Positions 36,232-44,630 of a DNA stretch of 64,000 nt are shown here, one piece after another. The position numbers were made by a program, and so were the translations under genes. The notes under the pieces are model-generated. The model was not told the origin of the DNA. It searched no databases and saw nothing but the letters and a program-made list of their open reading frames with translations. Each line of letters begins with the position of its first letter. Positions within the stretch are counted from its first letter, which is position 1. Location of the stretch: assembly GCA_046295395.1 (NCBI GenBank), contig JBKBNH010000006.1, positions 53,646-117,645 of the forward strand. Direction: 5' to 3'. This stretch comes from Flavobacteriales bacterium (GTDB taxonomy: Bacteria; Bacteroidota; Bacteroidia; Flavobacteriales_D; JBKBNH01).

Positions 36232-38097
36232 CTAATTCAAATATTCTTGCACCCACCACTGAAAACAAATCATCGCCCACAGTAGATAAATGTCTTCAGC
36301 ATTTTGAGTTCGAAAAGCCTCGTCCTTAATTTTTTGAACTGTAGAATAATAAAATAAGCCCTGAGACTCTATTCTTTCTTTAGCTAAGAGTATATCTACT
36401 TGGCTTTTGAAGTCACTTTGCAGAAAACTTGCCAAAGGAACTTCAAACCCCTTTTTTGGGCGGTTAAAAACTTCTTCGGGCAGAAGGTTCTTAAATGCCG
36501 TTTTTAGCAGCGCTTTATTATTGCGCTTATGATAGCGCATATTTGCGGGCAAGGTCATCACATAATTCACTAATTCTACATCAAGGAAAGGCGGGCGCAC
36601 TTCTAGGGAATTCGCCATGCTCATGCTGTCTACTTTTCTGAGCATATCTCCTTCCAACACTATGCGCATATCATTATATAACAAATCGTCCAATTCATTA
36701 CCATGAGGTGTTCTGTACAGGTTTTTCCAAATCAAATCAACATCTGTCGAAAAACTCTCGACAATAAGGCTTTTAACCTTCTCCGGCCTGCCCCATGATG
36801 CCCATCTTCTGTACCTTTCATCAGTAGTGAGTTTAAGCCCCGAAGCATATTTTGCCGCCTGACGTAACCTATTTGAATATTTACTGTTTCGGCTTCCTGA
36901 GTTTTGGTTTATAAATGGCAGAACCGACTTGATTATTTTGTTGGAAATTGTTTTTTCTATGGCTCTAGCATGAGCCTGGTGCTTGTTATAACCTCCAAAC
37001 AACTCATCGGCACCATCGCCAGAAAGAGCTACTTTTACTTTTCCCGAAACTTCTTTACACAGAACATACAAATTGAGAGCCGAAGAGTCTGCAAAAGGCT
37101 CGTCTAGGTAGTCAAGTGCCTCATGAAAGTGTTTAAACAAATCTGCTGAAGACAGCCGGAAAGTATGGTGATTTGTACCTAAATGTTTAGCCGTTTGCTC
37201 TGCAAAAGACGACTCGTCGAAAAAAGTATTTTCTTTAAACCCTATAGAAAAACTAGAAATATTCGGGTGGTGTTTTACTGCCAAAGCAGTAACCAAAGCG
37301 CTATCAATGCCTCCACTCAAAAAAGTGGCAACAGGAACATCGGCCACTAGTCTTCTCGAAACGCTTAATTCAAGTTTTTTTCGAATTATTTCCTCCGCAT
37401 TTCCAGTCAAAACATCCTCACCAGATACTTTGGACAACACGTAATAAGATGCTTTTTTAAAACTGTTTTCTACTACTTTGATATAATGCCCCGGTTCTAG
37501 CTTGGAAACACCCTGTAGTATTGTGTAAGGTGCGGGCAGATAGCTCAATTCAAAATATAGTTGAAGCGCTGCTTTATCAATCCTCTTCTCGTTCAAGAAA
37601 GGTAATAATCCTTTTATTTCACTCGAAAAAATAAATTGGCTCTCTGTATTACAGTAAACCAAGGGCTTTATGCCAAATTGATCTCGTGCCAAAAGCACCG
37701 ATTTCTCAGCATGGCTATAAAACGCAAAAACAAAAAAACCATTGAGTTTTGATATTCCCTCCTCTCCATATTCCATTAACCAATGCAGAAGCACTTCGGT
37801 ATCTGAATCAGTTCTGAACGTATATTTAGGCTGTAACTCTGCTTTTAATTCCTTGTAATTAAAAATTTCTCCGTTAAAAATCAGCGTGTAATTACCCGAA
37901 CTATCCGTAAATGGTTGATTTGCTTTACTGGAAACATCTATAATAGAAAGTCTGGTATGCCCGAGTAATACGCATTCATTGTGAAAAAATCCGTTGTTAT
38001 CCGGCCCTCTTTTACCAAGTGCGTTCAGGCTGTGTCGAATCTGATTTTCCGTTACGGCACTCTTTTTGAAATAATATATTCCTGCAATACCACACAT
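36232..38097 (-). CDS. asnB: Asparagine synthase (glutamine-hydrolysing) family amidotransferase
   Basis: Start set at MCGIAG so that Cys2 is the Ntn nucleophile. SGGIDS PP-loop motif. Size is about 621 aa. Confidence 0.85.
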   Translation of the reverse strand: MCGIAGIYYFKKSAVTENQIRHSLNALGKRGPDNNGFFHNECVLLGHTRLSIIDVSSKANQPFTDSSGNYTLIFNGEIFNYKELKAELQPKYTFRTDSDTEVLLHWLMEYGEEGISKLNGFFVFAFYSHAEKSVLLARDQFGIKPLVYCNTESQFIFSSEIKGLLPFLNEKRIDKAALQLYFELSYLPAPYTILQGVSKLEPGHYIKVVENSFKKASYYVLSKVSGEDVLTGNAEEIIRKKLELSVSRRLVADVPVATFLSGGIDSALVTALAVKHHPNISSFSIGFKENTFFDESSFAEQTAKHLGTNHHTFRLSSADLFKHFHEALDYLDEPFADSSALNLYVLCKEVSGKVKVALSGDGADELFGGYNKHQAHARAIEKTISNKIIKSVLPFINQNSGSRNSKYSNRLRQAAKYASGLKLTTDERYRRWASWGRPEKVKSLIVESFSTDVDLIWKNLYRTPHGNELDDLLYNDMRIVLEGDMLRKVDSMSMANSLEVRPPFLDVELVNYVMTLPANMRYHKRNNKALLKTAFKNLLPEEVFNRPKKGFEVPLASFLQSDFKSQVDILLAKERIESQGLFYYSTVQKIKDEAFRTQNAEDIYLLWAMICFQWWVQEYLN

Positions 38098-38137
38098 AAT
38101 TAGCAAATTGCGCTAATTTAGCAATACAATTCAGTCT

Positions 38138-39610
38138 ATGTTCAAAAGATTTCCGAATAACCTTTTAGTTTTAGTTTTTTTAACGACCTGCCTTTCCTCG
38201 TTTGGTCAAAAAACAGTGCAAACAGCTTTAGACAAAGTGCTGAAAAACAGCCATATGAAAAACGCTCTTTTTGGCTTCACGCTCTACGATCTCGATTCAT
38301 CCATATTCCTGTTTGAAAATCAAGCCGATATAAGTTTAGTTCCGGCTTCTACTATGAAATTGGTTACAACCGGAGCAGCTTTGGAGATTTTAGGTGCTAA
38401 CTATAAATTTAGCACCCGAATTCAATACGATGGTGAAATTGACGAGAAATCGGGCACACTTAAAGGAAATTTATACATAAAAGGGGGGGGAGACCCCACA
38501 CTTGGCAGCAGATTCTTTGGTGCTCAGAATAAAATTTTTCTCCCGGAATGGGTAGCTGCAATACAAAAAGCCGGAATTAAACGAATTGAGGGTAACATTA
38601 TAGCCGATGCCGATGTGTATAGCAACGAAATGATTGCTCCGACATGGATTTGGGGAGATATAGGGAATTACTACGGCGCCGGCCCAAGCGGATTAACTGT
38701 TTACGATAATCAATTGTCATTTTACTTTACATCGGGATCAAAACCAGGCGACACGACAAAACTCGACAGCATTGTTCCCTTCGTTCCCGGACTTAAAGTT
38801 CATAACTACGTGAGAGCATATGAAACCTTCAGCGATGACTCCTATATCACTGGCGCACCATACACCAACGTGCGTTATGCTTCAGGAAATATTCCCAAAA
38901 ACAAATCCGGTTTCGAAGTAAAAGGGACACAACCAGACCCTCCGTTTTTGGTTGCTTTTCAGTTGGCCACTATTTTGACCGATAGTAATATAACCCTTGT
39001 TGGCACACCCACCACTACTAGAATTATAAAAGAAAATGGGCTCACGGTAAATTACAAAAACAGAAAAGACATCCACAAAACCTACTCTCAACCATTAAGT
39101 AGTATTGTTTACTGGACCAATCTAGTGAGCAACAACCTGTTTGCCGAACACTTAATGCGCTCTTGTGGTGTTGCAAAATTTGGCGACGGTAGCGTGTACA
39201 GTGGAACTAAAGCCATCGAGTCTTTTTGGCGAAGTAAGGATATTGACATGAGTGGCTTTTATATGAACGATGGCAGCGGGCTATCAAGAGCCGATGCTAT
39301 TACCGCAAGACAGCTTACATTAATGCTTGCTTATATGAAGAAGTCTCCTGTATACGATACTTTCTTTAAATCGCTACCCGTTGCAGGAAAGTCAGGAACG
39401 CTTACTAATGTAGCTAAAGGAACCACTGCTCAAGGTAAAATATCCGCTAAAAGTGGCACTATATCAAGAGTTAAATCCTACTCCGGTTACTGCACAACCA
39501 AGTCAGGAAGAAATCTTGCCTTTACTATGATTTCCAACAACCACGCTTGCAGTGCCAGCGAAATAAAGTCGATGATGGAATCTCTTATGGTTGCTATGGC
39601 TGAACTTTAA
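38138..39610 (+). CDS. dacB: D-alanyl-D-alanine carboxypeptidase/endopeptidase (PBP4, S13 family)
   Basis: Signal peptide present. SxxK as ASTMKLVT. DGSGLSR and KSGT motifs. Size is 490 aa. Confidence 0.85.
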   Translation: MFKRFPNNLLVLVFLTTCLSSFGQKTVQTALDKVLKNSHMKNALFGFTLYDLDSSIFLFENQADISLVPASTMKLVTTGAALEILGANYKFSTRIQYDGEIDEKSGTLKGNLYIKGGGDPTLGSRFFGAQNKIFLPEWVAAIQKAGIKRIEGNIIADADVYSNEMIAPTWIWGDIGNYYGAGPSGLTVYDNQLSFYFTSGSKPGDTTKLDSIVPFVPGLKVHNYVRAYETFSDDSYITGAPYTNVRYASGNIPKNKSGFEVKGTQPDPPFLVAFQLATILTDSNITLVGTPTTTRIIKENGLTVNYKNRKDIHKTYSQPLSSIVYWTNLVSNNLFAEHLMRSCGVAKFGDGSVYSGTKAIESFWRSKDIDMSGFYMNDGSGLSRADAITARQLTLMLAYMKKSPVYDTFFKSLPVAGKSGTLTNVAKGTTAQGKISAKSGTISRVKSYSGYCTTKSGRNLAFTMISNNHACSASEIKSMMESLMVAMAEL

Positions 39611-40971
39611 TGCTCGTTTTTTCTTCGGGCAAAATATATTACCACAGTAATGGCAGATATTCCCACCAAAATAATCAATCCCCATACATAGTTTGGAAAA
39701 TACGCCCGAGCAGGCTCGAAATCCTGACTAGCCTCCTGCCGGTGATTAAAATCTTCCGACAAATAATCTAATTCGAAGCCATAAATTGAATCCAGCCAGC
39801 GTTGCACCGAATCAGGAATAATTGCATGTGCATGAATTCCCCTTATAAACCCTGAATCAGAAAACTGCTGAGTGAGCCACCACGATTCGTCTATCATTTT
39901 AGCATCAAACTTTGCATTAGTATAATAATTATCGTAATACCTGGCCTGCACGGGCATTTTATCATAATAGGTTAAGGCGAACATGGAGTCCGGATTTAAC
40001 CCCGATTTTATCCAGTTTATCTCGTTATGCCTGATAGAATCGAACCATTGTCCGGCTGACTGCACTTCTAGTTTTAATGCGTAAGTAAGGTTCTCCATGG
40101 TGTATAATGGGTTGTTGCTAACGTTCTCTCCATAATGTAGCATACCGGAGTGGTCCATTTCTCTGACTCTTTCTCTAGCAAGCGAGGCTTTTTTGGTGTA
40201 AGCGGCCTTTATGACCTCATCACTGCTTTCAAAAGCTGCTTTCAAATAAGCCCTCGATGCCAAATGTCCTGCCCCGCCGTGCTTATCTGTTTTCAATAGT
40301 AAATCTCCCAACACTTCGAGCAACACCGGCGAGCGGTAGTTGGCAAAATGCATCATACCGGCAACGCCCTTAATTGCCTTCGAAAGTTCATCATCGAGCG
40401 TTGAACTATTTTCAACTGCTTGCTCAAAAACCTTACGGTTAAGAAAATCAAAAAAATCATTTTTTGCTGTGCCCATTGGCAATTGAAGTTGCCCATCACG
40501 AGTTTTAGAAATTATGTACTCCCCCAAATGCAGTTGATATTTTTCGCGGCCAAAATGGGCATTCGAATTAATTTTAAGCGCCTTGCGCACGTAGTAACAC
40601 CCTGAATCCAGATCGCCCAAATGCATATAAAAAAGCCCTAGATTGGAGTATGTTTCGTATAATCCGGGTGAGCGCTTTTCTTTCAGAAGCATCACCTCTA
40701 CAGCTTGACGGCTTCTCCCTGTCTTATCATAAGCCATAGCCAAATCATTATAAAAATGAAGGCTGTCTGGATGTTTTTCAATCAAAGCCGCTCTGTCTCT
40801 AACCCGCCACTGATAAAGCTCGGGCGAATGACGCAAAAACTTTCCCACAATGGCCTCATGAACAGAAGGAAAAGCTTTTCTCTCCATTTTAAGCGTATCC
40901 CAATCCCACCCACAGGCCAAAAGTAGTGGAGTAAATATGAATAATAGTCGTAAGGCGCTTTTTCTGCTCAT
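39607..40971 (-). CDS. TPR-like secreted protein with a C-terminal TM anchor, unknown function
   Basis: Signal or lipobox sequence (LLLACGW). TPR-like pairs (YNDLAMAYDKTGRSRQAVEVM, YSNLGLFYMHLGDLDSGCYYVRKAL). C-terminal helix WGLIILVGISAITVVIYFA. Confidence 0.55.
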   Translation of the reverse strand: MSRKSALRLLFIFTPLLLACGWDWDTLKMERKAFPSVHEAIVGKFLRHSPELYQWRVRDRAALIEKHPDSLHFYNDLAMAYDKTGRSRQAVEVMLLKEKRSPGLYETYSNLGLFYMHLGDLDSGCYYVRKALKINSNAHFGREKYQLHLGEYIISKTRDGQLQLPMGTAKNDFFDFLNRKVFEQAVENSSTLDDELSKAIKGVAGMMHFANYRSPVLLEVLGDLLLKTDKHGGAGHLASRAYLKAAFESSDEVIKAAYTKKASLARERVREMDHSGMLHYGENVSNNPLYTMENLTYALKLEVQSAGQWFDSIRHNEINWIKSGLNPDSMFALTYYDKMPVQARYYDNYYTNAKFDAKMIDESWWLTQQFSDSGFIRGIHAHAIIPDSVQRWLDSIYGFELDYLSEDFNHRQEASQDFEPARAYFPNYVWGLIILVGISAITVVIYFARRKNEH

Positions 40972-41070
40972 GGATATATTTTTAATGGGAAAATTACGGA
41001 AAATTACTGCAAAACTACTATCTTCATACCCCTTAAATTTTTGTGCACGCTATTTGTATACACCCCAAAC

Positions 41071-41676
41071 ATGAGACAATTTATACTTCTGACACTTCTG
41101 ACAGCATTGAGTTGCGGCTCTGCCGTCAGCCAACTTACGTTAAAAAAACTTACGCGAGCAGAATTGCCCAGAGACTGCGAATTTCAAGGGGAGTATCTAG
41201 ATTCTTATACCTGGAAAGATTCTTTGGGGCTAAACTACTTGGTGCGCTCTCAGGAATACGCTACTACAAAATCTCCCAATGGCGAAACGCTTAACTCGGG
41301 CTATGTATATATTTACCACTACTATTTAAGAAAAACAGGTGACTATTTTCTACGTCTCGGTGTAATCGACTTTGAAAAAAACTGTCGGCACAACATGAAT
41401 GTGGCTCATATAGAGAATGCCGTGAGTCTAACCGACATCGATAAAGACGGATATGGCGAAGTCACGACCATGTATATCATTGACTGTCAACGAAGAGAGG
41501 GGTCAATGGTAATGAAGCTCATGTTTATGGAAGACGGCAGAAAATTTGCCCTCAGAGGGATTTCTAAAAAAGGCGAAAGTGGTGGCGATTATGAGCCCAC
41601 CGAAGACTTCTATCGCTATCCGGAATTCCTGAAATTTTGCGAAAAATTTTGGCACGACCATGCACGACTTCATTAA
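41071..41676 (+). CDS. Hypothetical secreted protein or lipoprotein
   Basis: Start moved to ATG 41071 (MRQFILLTLLTALSCGS). It has a DIDKDGYGE calcium-loop-like motif and no other recognisable domain. Confidence 0.5.
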   Translation: MRQFILLTLLTALSCGSAVSQLTLKKLTRAELPRDCEFQGEYLDSYTWKDSLGLNYLVRSQEYATTKSPNGETLNSGYVYIYHYYLRKTGDYFLRLGVIDFEKNCRHNMNVAHIENAVSLTDIDKDGYGEVTTMYIIDCQRREGSMVMKLMFMEDGRKFALRGISKKGESGGDYEPTEDFYRYPEFLKFCEKFWHDHARLH

Positions 41677-41723
41677 CCCATGCACAACTTAACAATTTCT
41701 CTGCAGAATTTCCTGCCTTACTG

Positions 41724-41753
41724 TTTGAATTATTAACAATTTACCTATATTTG
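41724..41753 (+). promoter_or_regulatory. Bacteroidota-type promoter for rplU-rpmA
   Basis: TTTG (41724-41727), an 18-nt spacer, then TATATTTG (41746-41753). The geometry matches the tRNA-Phe promoter. It lies 40 nt upstream of ATG 41794. Confidence 0.6.
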
Positions 41754-41793
41754 TCCTCCCAATTTTGGGATGAACAAATAAAAATTCACGCAC

Positions 41794-42102
41794 ATGTACG
41801 CAATTGTAGAAATAGCAGGGCAGCAGTTTAAAGTGCAAAAAGACCAAAAGATTTTTGTTCATCGTTTGGCTGAAGAAGCCGGCAAGAAAGTAACGTTTGA
41901 CAACGTTCTTCTTATCGAAAACGATGGCAAAGTTCAGGTTGGCGCCCCGGCTATAGATGGTGCTAAAGTAACCGCAAAAGTTTTGCAGCACCTGAAAGGC
42001 GACAAAGTAATCGTCTTTAAAAAGAAAAGAAGAAAAGGTTACAAAGTAAAAAATGGTCACCGTCAGTATTTGACGCAAGTCGAAATAGAGAAAATCTCTT
42101 AA
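41794..42102 (+). CDS. rplU: 50S ribosomal protein L21
   Basis: MYAIVEIAGQQFKV...KVIVFKKKRRKGY.K.GHRQ is the canonical L21 sequence. Confidence 0.97.
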   Translation: MYAIVEIAGQQFKVQKDQKIFVHRLAEEAGKKVTFDNVLLIENDGKVQVGAPAIDGAKVTAKVLQHLKGDKVIVFKKKRRKGYKVKNGHRQYLTQVEIEKIS

Positions 42103-42140
42103 TCGAAGACTAATTGTTTAACGGATAAAACCAAAAAGAA

Positions 42141-42398
42141 ATGGCTCACAAGAAAGGTGTCGGTAGCTCAGACAACGGTCGCGAATCAGAATCAAAACGC
42201 CTTGGCGTTAAGATATATGGCGGACAAGCCGCTATTGCCGGAAACATTATAGTTCGTCAACGCGGTACTAAACACCACCCCGGTGCAAACGTAGGTATTG
42301 GTAAAGACCATACCCTGTTTGCCTTAACTAACGGATTGGTGAAATTCAGAAAAACAAAAGGCAGCAAGTCTATTGTTTCTGTAGAACCTATTGCATAA
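42141..42398 (+). CDS. rpmA: 50S ribosomal protein L27
   Basis: [20 protein letters not shown]...[21 protein letters not shown] is the canonical L27 sequence. Confidence 0.97.
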   Translation: MAHKKGVGSSDNGRESESKRLGVKIYGGQAAIAGNIIVRQRGTKHHPGANVGIGKDHTLFALTNGLVKFRKTKGSKSIVSVEPIA

Positions 42399-42420
42399 GT
42401 AAATACTACTTTAATACCCT

Positions 42421-42449
42421 AAAGCCCCGATAATATCGGGGCTTTTTTT
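42421..42449 (+). terminator. Intrinsic terminator after rpmA
   Basis: Stem AAAGCCCCGA (42421-42430) / TCGGGGCTTT (42436-42445) with loop TAATA. The 3' stem arm begins a seven-T run (42443-42449). Confidence 0.85.
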
Positions 42450-42653
42450 GTGTTTGACGAAATCCTCCCCAAGAAACTTGTTCAATCAATTCTTCTTTCT
42501 AGTTTCGCAGCCTTAAAAATTTATGCCTCAAATCTCTCCCCCATAGACAACTATTCCTCCGGAAGCTTCCCTTGTGCGCTCCCCCCAACCTTTTTACTTA
42601 CAACCAAGCTAAAACCATAAATGGGATTTTAGCGGCTATGAATCAACTTTAAA

Positions 42654-44189
42654 ATGACCAAACACCTTCTCAATCTATTCGACCTTAAGCAAAAAATTGA
42701 CTATAAAACAGAAGTGTTATCAGGATTTACCGTAGCTATTGCTTTAGTGCCCGAAGCCGTGGCTTTTGCACTAATTGCAGGGCTTTCGCCCCTAATCGGG
42801 CTTTATGCCGCTTTTGTAATGGGGTTAGTAACATCCATACTGGGCGGCAGGCCGGGAATGATATCAGGGGCAACCGGAGCTATTGCTGTAATAATTGTAG
42901 CTCTTGCCCTTTCTCACGGAGCAGAATATGTGTTTGCCACAGTTATATTGGCAGGAATCTTACAGGTGATTGTGGGATTCTTGAAACTAGGAAAGTTTAT
43001 TCGTTTAGTTCCTCACCCTGTAATCTTCGGATTTGTAAACGGACTTGCCATCATCATTTTTATGTCGCAATTAGATCAATTTAAAGATGATGCAGGTAAC
43101 TGGCTGACGGGGCAAAGCCTATTAATTATGCTTTCATTAGTGTTTGCGACTATGATTATAATATGGGGGCTTCCTAAAATTACCAAAGCGTTTCCGGCAT
43201 CGTTAGCTGCCATCCTTCTAATTTTTGGAGTGGTTGTTTTTTTAAATATTGAAACGAAAACCGTGGGAGATATTGCCTCTATAGAAGGCGGATTCCCTCC
43301 TTTTCACATCCCTATGGTCTCCTTTAATATGGAAACACTGGTACTTATTTTTCCATACGCAGCAATTATGGCAGGAGTAGGTTTAATAGAAAGCTTACTT
43401 ACACTGAATATAATTGACGAAATAACCGAAACACGCGGCAGAAGTAATAAAGAGTGTGTAGCCCAAGGTTCGGCAAATATACTGTCGGGATTCTTTTTCG
43501 GAATGGGGGGGTGTGCTATGTTGGGCCAAAGTTTAATTAACATTTCATCCGGCGCAAGGGCAAGATTGTCGGGCATAGTTGCTTCGGTTACACTACTAGT
43601 ATTTATAATGTTTGGCGCCGGACTAGTAGAAAAACTACCTATGGCTGCTTTAACAGGTCTTATGATTATGGTGGCGGTAGGAACCTTTGAGTGGGCCAGT
43701 TTAAAGACTTTTACAAAAATGCCAAAATCAGACATTATTGTAATGGTATTGGTAATGTTGGTAACTGTTATTTTACACAATTTGGCACTTGCCGTAATAA
43801 TAGGTGTAATAATAGCAGCCTTGGTTTTCGCTTGGGACAATGCCAAGCGTATTCGTGCCCGCAAACGCACAGATGAAAACGGAGTGAAGCATTATGAGAT
43901 ATATGGGCCTTTGTTTTTTGGTTCGGTAGGAGTGTTTAACGATAAGTTCGATGTGCTCAACGACCCCGATGAAATAATCATAGATTTTGCCGAAAGCCGC
44001 GTAGTAGATATGTCAGCTATTGAAGCGCTGAACAAAATAACTGAACGATACGATAAAATAGGAAAGCGGGTGAGGTTAAAACACTTAAGCCCCGATTGTA
44101 AAAAATTACTGAACAAGGCCGACAGCATTATCGAAGTAAACGTGATGGAAGACCCTAGCTACAAAGTAGCGGCCGACGAACTGGCTTAA
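42654..44189 (+). CDS. SulP-family anion transporter with a C-terminal STAS domain
   Basis: 511 aa with about 10-12 TM helices. The SulP-type N-terminus reads DLLSG.TVAIALVPEAVAFALIAG. The STAS-like tail reads HYEIYGPLFFGSV...IIDFAESRVVDMSAIEAL. Confidence 0.88.
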   Translation: MTKHLLNLFDLKQKIDYKTEVLSGFTVAIALVPEAVAFALIAGLSPLIGLYAAFVMGLVTSILGGRPGMISGATGAIAVIIVALALSHGAEYVFATVILAGILQVIVGFLKLGKFIRLVPHPVIFGFVNGLAIIIFMSQLDQFKDDAGNWLTGQSLLIMLSLVFATMIIIWGLPKITKAFPASLAAILLIFGVVVFLNIETKTVGDIASIEGGFPPFHIPMVSFNMETLVLIFPYAAIMAGVGLIESLLTLNIIDEITETRGRSNKECVAQGSANILSGFFFGMGGCAMLGQSLINISSGARARLSGIVASVTLLVFIMFGAGLVEKLPMAALTGLMIMVAVGTFEWASLKTFTKMPKSDIIVMVLVMLVTVILHNLALAVIIGVIIAALVFAWDNAKRIRARKRTDENGVKHYEIYGPLFFGSVGVFNDKFDVLNDPDEIIIDFAESRVVDMSAIEALNKITERYDKIGKRVRLKHLSPDCKKLLNKADSIIEVNVMEDPSYKVAADELA

Positions 44190-44197
44190 GCATCAAC

Positions 44198-44515
44198 CTA
44201 CTGTGCGCACCGCACACAATAAACACTTTCGGGGCGAATTAAAATTCGTTCTACGGGAATTTGGATTTTACATTTGAGACAAATACCAAAATCTTCGCTG
44301 CCCACTTTAGAAAGCACGTAATGCAATTTTTTCAGCTTATCTTCAGCCTGTCGCAGCGCGGCTTCGGTTACGCTTTGGTTGTTAATAGCATCCATTCGTG
44401 ATATCCTGCCAATAGCTACGTCTGGCGCTACGGGCTTGGTCATTTCCTTGTATTCGGCAATGAGCTCTTCCGTTTTAGCAATTTGAGCCAGTATTTTTTT
44501 CTTTATTTCGTCCAT
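44198..44515 (-). CDS. DksA/TraR-family C4 zinc-finger protein
   Basis: Start set at MDEIKKK (44515). Coiled-coil N-terminus and a CLKC...CVRC zinc finger. Confidence 0.75.
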   Translation of the reverse strand: MDEIKKKILAQIAKTEELIAEYKEMTKPVAPDVAIGRISRMDAINNQSVTEAALRQAEDKLKKLHYVLSKVGSEDFGICLKCKIQIPVERILIRPESVYCVRCAQ

Positions 44516-44630
44516 TTTACAGCAAAACCTGTTGAAGAAGAGTAAATGTAAAAAAATTAATCTCCACAGGCTGTACAAACTTAAATTTACGTTATAAATC
44601 TTACCTTCGTGGGCAAATAGTATACGCCCT

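Noticed and set aside
41689-42078. A 129-aa ORF antisense to rplU.
   Set aside because: It is the F/L/I-rich mirror of a highly conserved ribosomal protein gene.
42461-42600. A G-quadruplex on the minus strand, from the G-runs complementary to the C-tracts.
   Set aside because: The G-runs are separated by about 20-50 nt, far beyond canonical loop lengths. The rut-like reading on the plus strand is more economical.
43304-43870. A 188-aa antisense ORF inside the SulP gene.
   Set aside because: It is the hydrophobic mirror of a membrane-protein gene and has no independent start context. The SulP frame is unambiguous.
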